The notes under the pieces were generated by a model. It was not told where the DNA came from. It ran no database searches and saw only the letters and a program-made list of their open reading frames with translations. Below are positions 37,590 through 50,734 of a stretch of 64,000 nucleotides of DNA, in pieces; the first letter of the stretch is position 1, and the number at the start of each line of letters is the position of its first letter. Position numbers and translations under genes: made by a program. This stretch comes from Octopus vulgaris (Eukaryota): the NCBI GenBank assembly GCA_951406725.2, contig OX597815.1, positions 169,198,001 to 169,262,000 of the forward strand, read 5' to 3'.

Positions 37590-38112
37590 TTGTTATTGCC
37601 TCTGTGAGGCCCAACGTCCGAAGGTAATGCTTCACCACCTCATCCAATGTCTGCCTCTCATGGGTTCCTTCCACTGTTAGAGCGTGACACTTCTTCACAC
37701 ACTTCTCCTCATCCATATGCAGTACATGACCATACCAGTGCAGTCATCTCTCTTGTACCCCACATCTGATGCTTCTTATGTCCAACACTTCTCTCAGGGC
37801 GCTTACACTCTGTCATGTGTGCACACTGACATTACACATCCAGTGGATCATACAAGCTTCATTTCTTTCAAGCCTACGCTTGTCCTCAACAGTCATGGCC
37901 CATGTTTCACAGCCGTATAGCATGGCTGTTCGCACACATGCATCATACAGTCCACGTTTCAGTCTGAGGGAGAGGCCCTTTATTACCAGCAGAGATAGCC
38001 TTTTGAATAGCCCAGACTATTCTTATTTTAGTTGCAATGCTCTTAGAGCATCCATCCCCACTACAGACTTGGTCACATAGGTAGCAGAAGCTATCAACTA
38101 CTTCTAGTTTCT
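37590..38112 (-). mobile_element. RTE-clade LINE 3' fragment
   Basis: Minus strand reads KGLSLRLKRGLYDACVRTAMLYGCETWAMT..RRLERNEA.MIHWMCNVS...IRSIRCGVQER.LHWYGHVLHMDEEKCVKKC. Confidence 0.88.
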
Positions 38113-38138
38113 TGTTAGTTGAATAACCTAACCACTAA

Positions 38139-38216
38139 GATTATATAAATGACAAGGGAATAAGAAATTATGCAATGAACCTCGTAATTTCTTATTCCCT
38201 TGTCATTTATATAATC
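38139..38216. other. Perfect 32-bp inverted repeat with a 14-nt loop
   Basis: gattatataaatgacaagggaataagaaatta (38139-38170) is the exact reverse complement of 38185-38216. Confidence 0.95.
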
Positions 38217-38307
38217 CCTTATTATGCCCTGAATCACATGTATTGAGTTCTTAAACCAGGTTATTAATATCGCTTTGCTTAAACAAAATATTAAAATATA
38301 TATGTAT

Positions 38308-38527
38308 ATGATGGGTTGCTGAGAAGTTCCTGGCTTTGGGTAAAAAAAAGCACAGGAAGATCAGTTAATTATGATTTTATTCAATATATTCCCCTCTCAG
38401 ATTCATACACTTATTGCAGCATTCCTTCAGTTTTTCTAAGCCCTGTAAAAGAACTTGGAAGTTTAGACCTCCAGCCAGGACTTTCATGACATCCTTAAGG
38501 CCAGGAACTTTTCAGCATCCCTTTGTA
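38308..38527. mobile_element. Mariner-derived MITE copy (opposite orientation)
   Basis: tgctgagaagttcctggc ... gccaggaacttttcagca; the interior is the reverse complement of 17095-17312. Confidence 0.8.
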
Positions 38528-39593
38528 TGTGTGTGTATATGTGTGTGCTTGGACAACCAGTGTTGGTTTGTTTATGTCTCCATAATTTAGTGGGTTTTTT
38601 TTTAAAAGAGACTAATAGAAAAAGTACTAGATTTGAAAATAAGTATAGTTTGGCTTAAAACCATTCAAGGCAGTGCTCCAGCATGGCCACAGTCCAATGA
38701 CTGAAACAAGTAAAAAATAAATGATACAACTGAAGATAAAATATTTCAAAAGATGGGATGGTCATGGCTAGAATCCTCTTGACCATATGTTCACTTGATC
38801 AGGGACAACGCATTACTAAACAACAACAACAACAATAGTAGTAGTAGTAGTAGTAGTAGTATTATTTTAGTCAAGGTAGGTTTGAAAGTCAATGCCCCAC
38901 CTTGAACTAAATTTACCTAGTCTAGTGAAAAAAAAAATTGAAGTAATTTCAATATTTGCTTTTTTTTTTCCTTGTCCTTATATATAATGTTTACGATATG
39001 AAAGGAGTGAATTTAAGAAATCTGGCAAAACAAACAATTGCAGTCCTAAAATAGCTGTATTGACTTGGCACCTATTTTAAGCAAATTATCAATAATTTCA
39101 TGGAAGGTAACCAAACTTTACTTAATCTTCAACAGCTGCAATGGTACTGAAATATTGAAATCTGTAATAGTGTTAAAACATACCATAATTATATATATAT
39201 ACACCATGTCTTTCAATTGTATTTTCTTTTCCTTTTAAGAGATGTTGTTTTGAACAATATCTAAATAATTTTTACTACCTTCAATCCATTACTACCTTCA
39301 ATGGATTGCAATGGATTTGGAGGAATACATATCTAGAGTAATTAAATAAGTTCTTTCTTTCCTTGGAAATATTCTATTCTAGAGCTTCCAGAATCCAGTG
39401 CATAATATTTCCAAGAGAAAACACAATCATCCACATCATTTTTGAGCCAGTATTTTATGGCTGGATGCCCTTCATAATATCAACCTTTTCACAACACAGG
39501 TATACAGTGTACTTATTCTCATGTTAGATATACATGGGACTGAAAACATAGTGATGTGAAAAGGATATTGACTAGTATGGTAATCACATTTAA

Positions 39594-39814
39594 CCCTTTC
39601 GTTACCGTATTTATTTTGAGATACTCTGTAGTTCTTTCAATTACTTTAAATATAACAAAGAATTTAGTAAAATAACTTCGTTATCATTAAGCTAGTGTTA
39701 GGAACATAAATTGTGACTAAGGTTTGGTGGCAGATTTTAATTCAGAACTTTTGAAAACAAGACATTTGTACTACAGAGTCAGGGTCGGTTTCAGGCAGGT
39801 TGGTATCAAAAGGG
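39594..39814. mobile_element. piggyBac-like MITE
   Basis: TTAA|CCCTTTCGTTACC ... GGTATCAAAAGGG|TTAA, i.e. a TTAA TSD and CCC..GGG termini. Confidence 0.88.
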
Positions 39815-39859
39815 TTAAGGGTAGGGTGTCTAAGCAGGAAAGTGTAGAAAGAAGGATTG

Positions 39860-40270
39860 TTGAGTTGGAAAAGATGTGAAAATGGAAAGTGTTAAAAGAT
39901 TTTGTTACCTAAGAGATAAGTTGAATGAAGAAGGTGAATTGGACTAGGTGATGGTGGTATGACTAAGACAAACCTGAAGTAAGTTCCAAGAACTGATTAG
40001 TAAGCTAATGAAGATGAGAATGCCACTGAAACTAAAAGAACAGGTGTATGCTGCATATATGAGGTATGCTATGATGTAGCATGGAGAAAGGGGAAGACAA
40101 CCAATGAATTGCAGAGAATGATAGGAATTCACCCTGTGATGGATGATGTGAAGAGAAATGGGATGAAATGGTTGAGTCATGTGCTGAGGAAGGATGAAAG
40201 TGACTTAGTGAGTGAAGTGATGGAAATGAATGAGGGAGAAATAAGAGGAAAGGAAGCCTGAAAGAGGGAT
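39860..40270 (+). mobile_element. Degenerate RTE LINE fragment
   Basis: Remnants ESVKRFCYLRDKL, KFQEL and LKLKEQVYAA, plus a later 'KWLSHVLRKDE' motif. Confidence 0.65.
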
Positions 40271-40292
40271 GCCTAAATATTTTATACATAAA

Positions 40293-40365
40293 TAGGCTGT
40301 AGTCTAGAATGACAGGATTGGTGGACTTCACCCAAGCAGCCCAGGTTTGATCACTGGTATGGGAA
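40293..40365 (+). pseudogene. tRNA-Glu(TTC)-derived pseudogene
   Basis: gtctag...aggatt..tgg.cTTCaccca.gcagcccaggtttga...ggtatgggaa follows the eukaryotic tRNA-Glu(TTC) pattern. The 5' acceptor strand (TCCCATA) is lost and the stems are mismatched. Confidence 0.7.
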
Positions 40366-41625
40366 TATTATATAAATATTTAAAAGCATAGCCATCACTT
40401 GCAAGTAAGTATGACTTGGTGGTAGGTGCCATGCTTTGCTAATTGTTTTAGGTACCTATACATTTATGAGCAGACATAAAACCCCAGCAGAACATTGAGG
40501 ACATGACAGGTGATGGGAGAGAACGATGGAGTAGCATGAAATGAAGTGTCTTGATCAAAGATGTGACACACTGCTTGGAGCTGGAACTGAACTATGCATA
40601 CACACACACACACAAATGACCATACACATATACATACAGTTTAGTGTATAAATACACATGCACATGTTGATGTGCAATTATATGTATGAATATACATGCA
40701 TAAAACAAAACATACAGAGCTGCAAAGGCACTGACTCCAAATACACACACACACACCCATAACCATCTTGTTGTTAAAATACCAATGAAAGAGCCTTGGA
40801 TCTGGGTTATAAATCAGTTCTTTCTCCATTGGTAAGAAATCTAGAAACAAAACTTAATAACACGGATACAAGCATACATACTTGTAAACATGCATATACA
40901 CACAAACAAATTTTTGATGTGGTGACCTGAGTGGATGGTAGATTAACGAAATATTGTGCTGATCACCAGTAATGGTTATCTTAAGACTTAAAATAAAATT
41001 ATAGAAATCAAAGGCTTGTAATATTTCATCATTTGAAACAAATCTCTCTTCAAACAGATAAATTAAGTAAATTATATTTCGTCCAGATTGAATACTTTGA
41101 TCATTCTCAAACAATTGAACATCATAGAAGAGCAAGTGACATTTAGACACATTCGTTAGTACATTTGTGTAATTAGAGCTCTCTACAAAAGCCTCACTAC
41201 GGTTACTACTTAAATTTACAGGCTTGTAAATAATAAAAAAATAAAAACTCTGGTAAAACATACTTGCACTCTTATTTCAGTACGACTTGAATTCAATATT
41301 CCCTAAGACAAAACATTGACATACCTAATTAACTGATTCGCTAATGCGTGACTTCAGATTCATGTAATTGCATAGCAATCTTAACAATGTTACAGTTCAT
41401 TTAACAAAGATAATACCAAATATATAATTTGTGTGAATGTCTGTACTTTGAGCCTGTATTTTATCTGGAAGTTCTTGTTAATTATATTTTCTGTTAAGAC
41501 AATAATAATAATGTGAGGCAGTTTCTTTGTAGAAGCAAACATGACTGTCTTCACAAAGAAGATGGATACTAAGTAGGTAGCAAATTTTCAATGACTTCTG
41601 TTGTTCTTTAGCATGAAAAAGCTTT

Positions 41626-41849
41626 CACCTTTGATACAACCCGCCTAAGACTGCCTCTGGTTTAACGATCAAATTAAAATTTTTCTGAAGTGTTTTAGAT
41701 TAAAATCTTCCATCAAAATTTCATGCTGATTTATGTTTCATAGACCAGTTTAATAATAAAAGATATTTTCCTGAATTTTTCATTATTTTCAAAATTGAAT
41801 GAAACAAAGGCAGTGTATTTCAACACAAAGATGATAACAAAAGGGTTAA
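41626..41849. mobile_element. piggyBac-like MITE (39594 family, reverse orientation)
   Basis: cctttgatacaacccgcct ... ataacaaaagggttaa. Confidence 0.7.
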
Positions 41850-43756
41850 TGATGAAGTGACAGTTAATTTGGAGTTTATCAAGACCTCAATATTTTTCAA
41901 AATCCATTTTTTCCACTTTTCTTTTATACATATTTTGTGATGCTTATGTTTTGTTACCACTACAGTTAGATACAAAAATCGTCTTTCTAGAAGTAGCACC
42001 CATTCTTATTTCACACATTTTTGTTTTGGTATCTAAGGAGTCATGCATATTTTGAAATGAAGAAAAAAAAAAAACAGAAGAAAAAGGAATTAGAAAAAGG
42101 TGAAGATAATAGCAGAGAAGAAAGAGAAAAGGAAGTAGAACAACAGAACACAAATCACTATGATCGTTAATGACAGTATGCATAAAGTTTTAACATTCAG
42201 ATTACTCTGTCAAATGTAATGCCTATTTATTCACATTTTTCACTGCATCCTCTGGTGAGGCGTGTTGGCTTGCAAGAGTCCTGTGCCAGTGTGACATAAA
42301 ATGTATTTGTGATGGTGCCATGTAAGAGTGCTTGTGCAGATGCCACATTAAAAGCACTCAACACACACTGTAAAGTGGTTGGCGTTAGGAAGGACATCCA
42401 GCCATAGAAAGCAAGCCAAGTCAGACTGGAACCTGGTGCAGCTTCCCAGTTCTGGTCAAACCGTCCAACCCATGCCAGCATGGAAAACAGACATTAAATA
42501 ATGATGATTCTTTTGAATTTATTACACATTATTTTGTAACTTCAAGATTTCAATGATGTAATTGTTTATTTTTAGAACGATATTGTAAGGTAGGTGTAAG
42601 TGATTGGATCTGACCAGTTTGAACATTAAACAGGTCAGATATTTGAGTCAGATATGGTCAGTTTAAATGTCAAAGGTCTGAGGTAATTACTTAAAACCAC
42701 TAATTATCCTGTCTAGATAATGAGTCCATTCTCTGTATACTAGGCCAGAAAGCATCTATGACCAACGAAGATAACTCTTGAGAAAGTAGATTATTATTAT
42801 TAATCCCTATGTGAGTCAAATATATCAGTCACTATATTACACTTAGTATATCTTCCCTTTTTAAGATGTAGGATGCGACTTGAAGAATTTGGCTGCTATT
42901 TCTAACAGAACGAACAACCATACAGAGGCTCTCTCTCATTAACTTGACAAAGTGGGTAAACACAGATTGTCACTACTATGGTTGATGAAGCATGTCTTTT
43001 CTACATATAAAGCAGGTAAAGTAGGTCATGGCCTATTTCGATGTCATTCTCTTATTACATGTTATGCTCTTGTATATAAATGAAAGCCAGATTTGAAATG
43101 AAACTGTAAACAAGATATTGTACAGGACATAGTCTAATGATTTTAATGACGATCTCGTTTTTACACATCCTTTATAATTTACTTTAACGAAGGTTTAGCC
43201 TGTCTACGTAAGCTATATCGTTTACTTGTTCACACTTTTTTTAGTTTGTGTGTGTGTAATCACATCATCATCACACATCCACTATAAATGCTTGCATGGG
43301 TCAAATAAATATCAGTTTTATTTATATGTACATTTTGCTTTTGGAAAATAAAAATAAGAAAAAAGTGGAAATTTTACTGGTGAGTGTGTTACATTATAAG
43401 GCACAAAAAGAAAATGACTCTCCCCAGACACAACATTATATGTACATTTTAGTGTGATAATTTTAATGAAAAGAAGAGGGAAAATGATCTCTTAATTGAG
43501 AATTGTAGAGTTTGGTCTTAAGGTCTTAGTTAAGACAAAATTTCATAGGTCCTCTTTGGTGTGTGTGTGTGCCTTTTCTCATTTGTTTTATCTCATAAAA
43601 TTGAAACTTTATGTAAAAGACAGTAAAAGATTATTGAAGATATAGCTTTTAATGTAGGAGATCTATGAGATATTGAATGTATGATAAATGGTTGGGTAAT
43701 GCTGATATAAACAAATATCATTTTGTACACTAATATTTTTACACATATGTGAAAGA

Positions 43757-43814
<58 letters not shown>

Positions 43815-44224
43815 AAGAATGTGTGTGTGAGTGTAAGAATATATTTAAGTGTGTGCCCTTGCCATGACATCATATGATGGTTGTAAACAAGTATCACTGT
43901 CATATAAGTGATGTTGTTTATTTCCAGTCTTCCTTGGAAAATATGTGACCACAGGAAATATTACCTTGCTGGGAAACAAGTGAAGGTTGGTTAGAAGAAC
44001 AACATCCAGCTGTAGAAATTTTATTTGACCCAAGCAAGCATGTATAGAAGACGTATGATGATGATGATGTGATTACACACACACACACAAACTAAAAAAA
44101 ACAAAAAACTGAAGGGGTTCAATCAAAAAGTACACATTTTTTCATATGTATTGTAATTTTTTTTCCAGTTAATAAATAAAGCACTAATTGAAAATGTCAA
44201 ATAAAAAAAAAAAAGAAAACAGAA

Positions 44225-44760
44225 TGAAGCTTGATCAGATTGAGCAGGCCTATGATAAAAGCCTTTCAGTTGTAATCTGTTTGCCTTGTTATATATATTA
44301 GGCACTACATTTTCTAATATAATGTATATCCTTCTCTTCTGAAGATGGTAGAGTGTGATATGATTAAGCCTTGACTGCTATTTCTTGCAGTGTAAGGGAT
44401 CCTTTAAATATTATTGTTTAGCCCCAATGTTAGTCCTGGTTGAGCAGAGATATGATAAAAGGTGTCTTAGCCATGACCATCCTTTCTGTATATATCATGG
44501 GTGACATTGTCCAAAATCTCCCATTTCTTTTTAAGATATTATGATTGATGGAAACTTGGCAGCTATTTCTAGCATTCTGAATGACAGCACAGTGGCTCTA
44601 TTATTAATCTATGGCTGTTTTAGTCATAGTTTAGCTACATGTCATTCATGATTGAATATACTTATGATGAAAGGCATTCCAGCTGTGCCCATCCTGTTTC
44701 TTTCCAAGGCAGAGAGTACAGTGCCCATCAACCAGCATGTTATTGTTTTCTAGAATGTAG
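44225..44760. repeat. Three tandem degenerate copies of an unclassified dispersed repeat
   Basis: Recurrent tatgat(a/g)aaagg..ttccagc..tg.ccatcc. Related reverse-orientation copies lie near 5560-5770, 38750-38820 and 58780-59180. Confidence 0.5.
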
Positions 44761-44912
44761 GTTGTAATTTCATTGGTCTAAAAGCATTGTTGTTTACAGT
44801 GTACCCCTTTATGTAGTGTTATGTAGTGGTTTGACAAATAGATATCAATAAAATAAGTAACAGACTGAAATCAGTAAGGGGTTGATATTAATCATCTAAA
44901 ACCTTAATGTGA

Positions 44913-45245
44913 AGGCGCATGGCTCAGTGGTTACCGCGTCAAGCTTACGATTGTGAGGTTGTGAGTTCGAATCCCGAACTGGGCTGCGTGTTGTGTTTTT
45001 GAGCAAGACACTTTCTTTCATGTTGCTCCAGTTCACTCAGCTGTAGAAATGAATTGCAACATCACAGGTGCCAAGCTGTATTGGCCTTTGCCTTTCCCTT
45101 GGATAACACTGGTAGTGTGGAGAGGGGAGGCCGGCATGCATGAGCGACTGCTGGTCTTCCATAACCAACCTTGCCCGGACTTGTGCCTGGGAGGGTAACT
45201 TTCTAGGTGCAATCCCATGGTCATTCATGACCGAAGGGGGTCTCA
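44913..45245 (+). mobile_element. SINE family C, long variant
   Basis: TGGCTCAGTGG (A box), GAGTTCGAATCC (B box) and a CORE-like gagcaagacact...ctcagctgtagaaatg. Confidence 0.85.
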
Positions 45246-46044
45246 GCAAGTGCCTTAGCATGGCTGCAATCCAATGACTGAAATCAGTAAAAGAAATAAA
45301 AGAATACAAAAGGGGTCTCAGGGAGTAGCGTCCCTGCCTTCCTGAGCTAGTTTTCAACCACATTTCTTAAAAATTGTGGTAGAGGTCTTGGTCTCAGGAC
45401 CATTCATGTCTAGAAACTGAGGTTGTGGGTAAGCAAGAAAATCCAGCTCAAAAAAAAAGCCTCATGATAGCAAATGAGAATGGGTACCAGCCAGCCCAAA
45501 GGTTGAGGTGGGCTGCACCTGCCTACCTAAGTTGCTATGGCATTGAGGTAGATCCGGTCACCCCCATTAGCAGGGACAAATTCTGGATGATGATGATGAT
45601 GGATTATACACAAGTATGTGAAAAAAAAAGAGGGGCTGAGGGGAAAACTTTCCAACCACATGGTCTCAAGTTCAATCTCATGGCAGGGCACCTTCAGCAA
45701 GTGCTTTCTACTATAGCCTCAGGTCAATCAAAGCCTTGAGAGGATTTGCTAGATGGAAACTGAAAGAAGCTCATCAGATATTGTGTATGTGTGTGTAGGT
45801 ACATGATTTAGTGGTTGAGATGTTGCATTCTTAATTGTAAGGTTGTAATTTTGATTCCCAGACCAGGCGATGCATTGTGTTCTTGAGCAAAACACTTCAT
45901 TCCATGCTGCTCCAGTCCACTCGACAGGCAAAAATGAGTAATCTTGTGACAGACTGACATCCCATCCAGGCAGGGAACATATATGCCACAAAATTCAGAA
46001 AACTGGCCTTATGGGCCTATGGCTTGGAAGAACTTTTGATCCTA

Positions 46045-46076
<32 letters not shown>

Positions 46077-46432
46077 GGAGTGTGTGCATTACCCTCTCTT
46101 TGCCTTGACTTTGTATAATAGTTGCAAAAGAGATCACCATCACACAAGCAGTGTCTTTCGTTTTCAATTCTCCATGAAAACCTAACACATGCTAGCATGA
46201 AAAAGTGTACATTAAAATGATGACAATGTTTGCATATATGTGTATAGGTGCCTGCATGTGTGTGTGTGTGAGTGTGTGTGTGTGTGAGAGAGAGAGAGAG
46301 ATGTGACGATAAGTGCATCTCTGAGTATGTATGTCTGAATAAATTTCAAGTCTACATTAAGCAGATAACACATGTTAGGTATACTTAAACTCACGTATAG
46401 GAATGCAACCAAACATACTCAAGTTGAAAAGG

Positions 46433-46467
<35 letters not shown>

Positions 46468-47359
46468 ACACTGTGTCATGAAGGGCAAAAGTGACAAAAG
46501 TGTTGCTCTCTTGGGGAAAGACATCCACAGACAGATAAATTATTTTAATACAGAGATAGATATATAAATAACTGTTAGGCTGTTACTCTGTCTGAATTGA
46601 GATATTCAACAGTCTAACCTAGTTTATTTTATCATTTTTAGTGACTAAATATCAGGGATTTATATTTAGTTATATTACATAAGGAATTTATTTATTATTT
46701 CGGGAAAGGTGAATGTATTTAAGAGAGACCTCTTCTTGATCAAATGTGCTGTGAATATTTTATATTAATAAATTCGGTGGTCACATTTTAGGCTGATTAA
46801 AAGTAACTATAGATTTGCCAAAGTTTTGTCTAGTCAGTTTTCATGCTGTGATACATAAAATGTTTCGGGGGGGGGGGGGGACTCTACTTTTAGTGCAGTC
46901 AAGAACTGATTTATTTTGTTCTCTAAAATTATACCTGGTTGTTTTAAAAAGAAAGAGAATACAAGTAAGAATAGTCATAATACCTTTGATTATACTTCTT
47001 GGTCAGGACTGACTAATGGATGAATAACGATGATATCAATTTAATGAAGAAATAAAGTCTTCTGTACAATGAAATTATACAGAAATCATCATTATTGTTA
47101 AATGTCCGCTTTTCCACGGATGGAACTTGTTGAGGCAGATTTTCTATGACTAGATGCCTTTCCTGTCATCAACTCTCACCTGTTTCCAAGTAAAGCAATA
47201 TTTCTCCATGACATGGGAGACAGGAAACGAAAGGCACAGCTTGTGTGACAGTGACATTCATTTACAGCTACCACATGAAGTCAAGGCAAAGAGACACCAA
47301 CACACACACACACACACGGCCATGTAACCACACACATGCTTTCCTTGAAGTTTTTTTTT

Positions 47360-47520
47360 TATTCCTTCTCTCCAGACCTTTCCTATCTCCTCTTTCTGAT
47401 GATGAGCCGTACTCAAAATGTTATACACTCACTCTTTTTCTCATCATATACTGAGTGTTAAGCTGATACATTCCATGTGTACGTCCTTTTCACTTTTGTT
47501 TTATTTTCGATTTGCTTACA
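47360..47520 (+). mobile_element. Penelope-like short repeat with hammerhead-like core (copy 3 of 3)
   Basis: ctttCTGATGAtgagccgtactcaAAAtgtt at 47392-47422, then ctgagtgttaagctgatacatt. Confidence 0.5.
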
Positions 47521-48661
47521 CACACACACACGCAAATGATGGGCATTTTCAGTTTCTTCAACCCAATCCATTTACAAGGCTTTGGTTGGCCTGTGGTTAT
47601 AATAGAAGACATTCACTCAGAGTGCCATATGGTGGGATTGAACCTGAGACCATATGGTTGGGAAGCAAATTTCTCAACCACACAGCTACACCTATGCCAA
47701 TATAAACCAGCATTTCCCAAATGAGGTTCTGCAGGAAATACTGACATATTGGCAAATGCATTTTTGAAGCATTTTTTATTTAAGTCTATATTGAAAATTC
47801 TATTTCAACATATTACCTACTGCAAGCAGCAAAGAGACCTTACAGGCTGACTTATACACCAAAATGGCTTTGAAGGACCAAAAATTCTATTTGAAATGTA
47901 GCAGGATTTGGAAAGTTAGTGATAATGTTTACACTACACTATATACCATGCTGACTTGTTTGCCAGAAAATATGCCATGTGATTCAGTATGAAGTTTGTT
48001 TGAGAGAAACTTGGGTGCTACTTCTATCAGGCCAAGCCACCATGTCAGAGGCTGCCTAATTGGTGCAATTTTAATAGCTGTACAACTTTAGTTCACACTG
48101 TTTACAAGGAGCAATTCTGTTCCCATCCTTATAACAGAAGATCAAATTATAAAAAGGTGCTCAAAGATTAATTATTATCTTTTTATCTATCCGTTCGTTT
48201 TCATTGGATTTAACTTTTGCAACATTAATGTTCTATTTTATATATTTTCTTTATCCTATCAGGTTTTGGAAGATAGCTTAATCAAAGGACGTCACATTTT
48301 TGATTGCACACTTTGTCCAGCTTTGTCGTTTTATCTTTTTTTAATGTTTTCCCATTAACTTAGAAATTTTATTCAATTAACTAGATGGATATTATATTTA
48401 GTACAATATATATATCTGTGTGTGTGGTATATACATGCACACAAACTTTAAAAAATGTTGGATGCTTAAGAAGTAGATGCTCTTAGCCATAACTGTATTT
48501 CAGAACATTTACTGTTAATGAAGAAATTAAAGAAACTTGAATACAGAGTTAAAGGAAAAGTTTTAAATTTAGAAAAACAAAAATAAAACAGAATATATAT
48601 ATGTATATGTGTGTATATTTTTACATATTTTTCACTTGTTGGTGATGTCCTGTACTTGATG

Positions 48662-48667
<6 letters not shown>

Positions 48668-48704
<37 letters not shown>

Positions 48705-48705
48705 C

Positions 48706-48736
<31 letters not shown>

Positions 48737-48795
48737 CATACATATATATATATATGTATATATATATATACATACATATATATATATATACATAC

Positions 48796-48826
<31 letters not shown>

Positions 48827-48851
48827 CATACATATATATATATATACATAC

Positions 48852-48882
<31 letters not shown>

Positions 48883-48887
48883 CATAC

Positions 48888-48947
<60 letters not shown>

Positions 48948-48952
48948 GTATA
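48668..48952. repeat. (TA)n microsatellite with periodic CATA/TG interruptions
   Basis: Direct reading. Confidence 0.95.
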
Positions 48953-49702
48953 TCAAGAATCTTGCATCTTGCAAACCAAATACAAAAACAATGTATGTGT
49001 GTACATACATACACACATACATACATTGTGCTAGAAATGAGAAAAACATTGAAGAAATTGAAGAAAGAAAATGAAATTCTAACTACAAAATTTTAAAAAA
49101 ATCCCCCCAAAACAACAATTCTGTGTACAAATTAATCACATCTGTTTAGTTGTAATTAGAGATAGTTGACTAGTTCAAAGGGATCTAGATTTTACTGTTT
49201 TTCACAAACTCTTATTTAATACTGGCAATACCTGTGTAAATTTCACAGATATTTTGAAACCTCTAAGATGATTAGAAGATTATAAAGAACTGCAAAATAT
49301 AAAAACTCCTTTGAAATTGTATCTTTCTGAAACATCTGATCCTTGAGATGGTGCAAAAGTTCACACAGGTAGTACTGAAGGTACAGCCTTTGGAAAGAAC
49401 ATCTTTGTTATACGCTTGTCACTTTTTCTACTTAAAGAGGTGTTATTACATTTTTTTACTTCACACCAAAAGGTACACAACTTTAACTAAGGAATGAAAC
49501 TGAAGACATAATCTATTTAAAGTACTACCGTGCTGCTCTACAACTATATTGGTAAAACTGTATTACATCCTTGTATTCAGATCACAGTAAAGTTCATATG
49601 ACGAGGCTTGAACCCACAGCCCCAGTGAACTAAGTGTAGCAACTGTTCCACTGAGCAATATATATGTAGATGCAGATATGGCAGTATGGTTAAAAAAAGT
49701 TC

Positions 49703-50675
49703 ATAGGTGCAGGAGTGGCTGTGTGGTAAGTAGCTTGCTTACCAACCACACGGTTCTGGGTTCAGTCCCACTGCATGGCACCTTGGGCAAATGTCTTCTA
49801 CTATAGCCTCGGGCCAACCAAAGCCTTGTGAGTGGATTTGGTAGATGGTAACTGAAAGAAGCCAATCGGTCCTATGTGTGTTTGTCTCCCCAACATTGCT
49901 TGACAACTGATGCTGGTGTGTTCACGTCCCCATAACTTAGTGGTTTGGCAAAAGAGACCAATAGAATAAGCACTAGGCTTACAAAGAATAAGTCCTAGAG
50001 TTGACTTGCTTGACTAAAGGCAGTGCTCCAGCATGGCTGCAGTCAAATGACTGAAACAAATAAATGAATAAAAAATGTGGCTTTGGGTTCAGTCCCACGC
50101 TATAGCAGTACAGCAACTTGGGAAAGTGTCTTATACTACAGCCCAGAATTGGTTAATACTGGCAACGACAGAACTATAGGGGTGCTTGTTGAACATGTGC
50201 ACATGTGTGTGTGTTAGAGAGAGAGAGAGGCAGAAACAAAGTGTATGTATGTATGTCCACAGTGAAATGACTGAAACAAGTAAAAAAAAAAAAAAGATAT
50301 ATATATATATATATCTTTTACTTGTCTCAGTTATTAGACTGCAGCCATGCTGGGACACTGCCTTGAATTGTTAGCTGAATGAATCAATCCCAGTACTTAT
50401 TTTTTAAATCCCGATACTTATTCTATTGGTTCCTTTTACCAAACACCAAAGTTATGGGAACATAAACACACCAACAATAGCTGTCAAGTAATGGTGGAAG
50501 ACAGACACACACACACACACAGAAGCTTCTTCCAGTCTCTGTCTACCAAACCCAATAAGGCTTTGGTTGCCAAAGGTTATAGTAGAAGACACTTGCTCAA
50601 GGTGCCATACAATGAGACTGAACCTGGAATCATACAATTGGGAAGTAAACTTCTTACCACACAGCCACGCCTGCT
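49703..50675. mobile_element. Inverted pair of SINE family A copies (plus 49703-50070, minus 50315-50675)
   Basis: The family consensus appears in opposite orientations. Confidence 0.82.
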
Positions 50676-50697
50676 TCCCTTCCTCTCTCTCTCTCCC

Positions 50698-50734
<37 letters not shown>

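Noticed and set aside
41944-42183. Possible exon MHDSLDTKTK...NCS
   Set aside because: No AG at the end of the pyrimidine tract, a weak donor, phase incompatible with the 35445 exon, and no similarity to the family.
44913-44985. Functional tRNA genes at SINE heads (also 36648, 35632, 14607, 49600-49660)
   Set aside because: A/B boxes are present, but there is no complete cloverleaf and most continue into SINE bodies.
48466-49096. Long YI-repeat ORFs (also the CV/HT ORFs at 55622-55903 and SL ORFs at 20712-21343)
   Set aside because: Translations of dinucleotide microsatellites.
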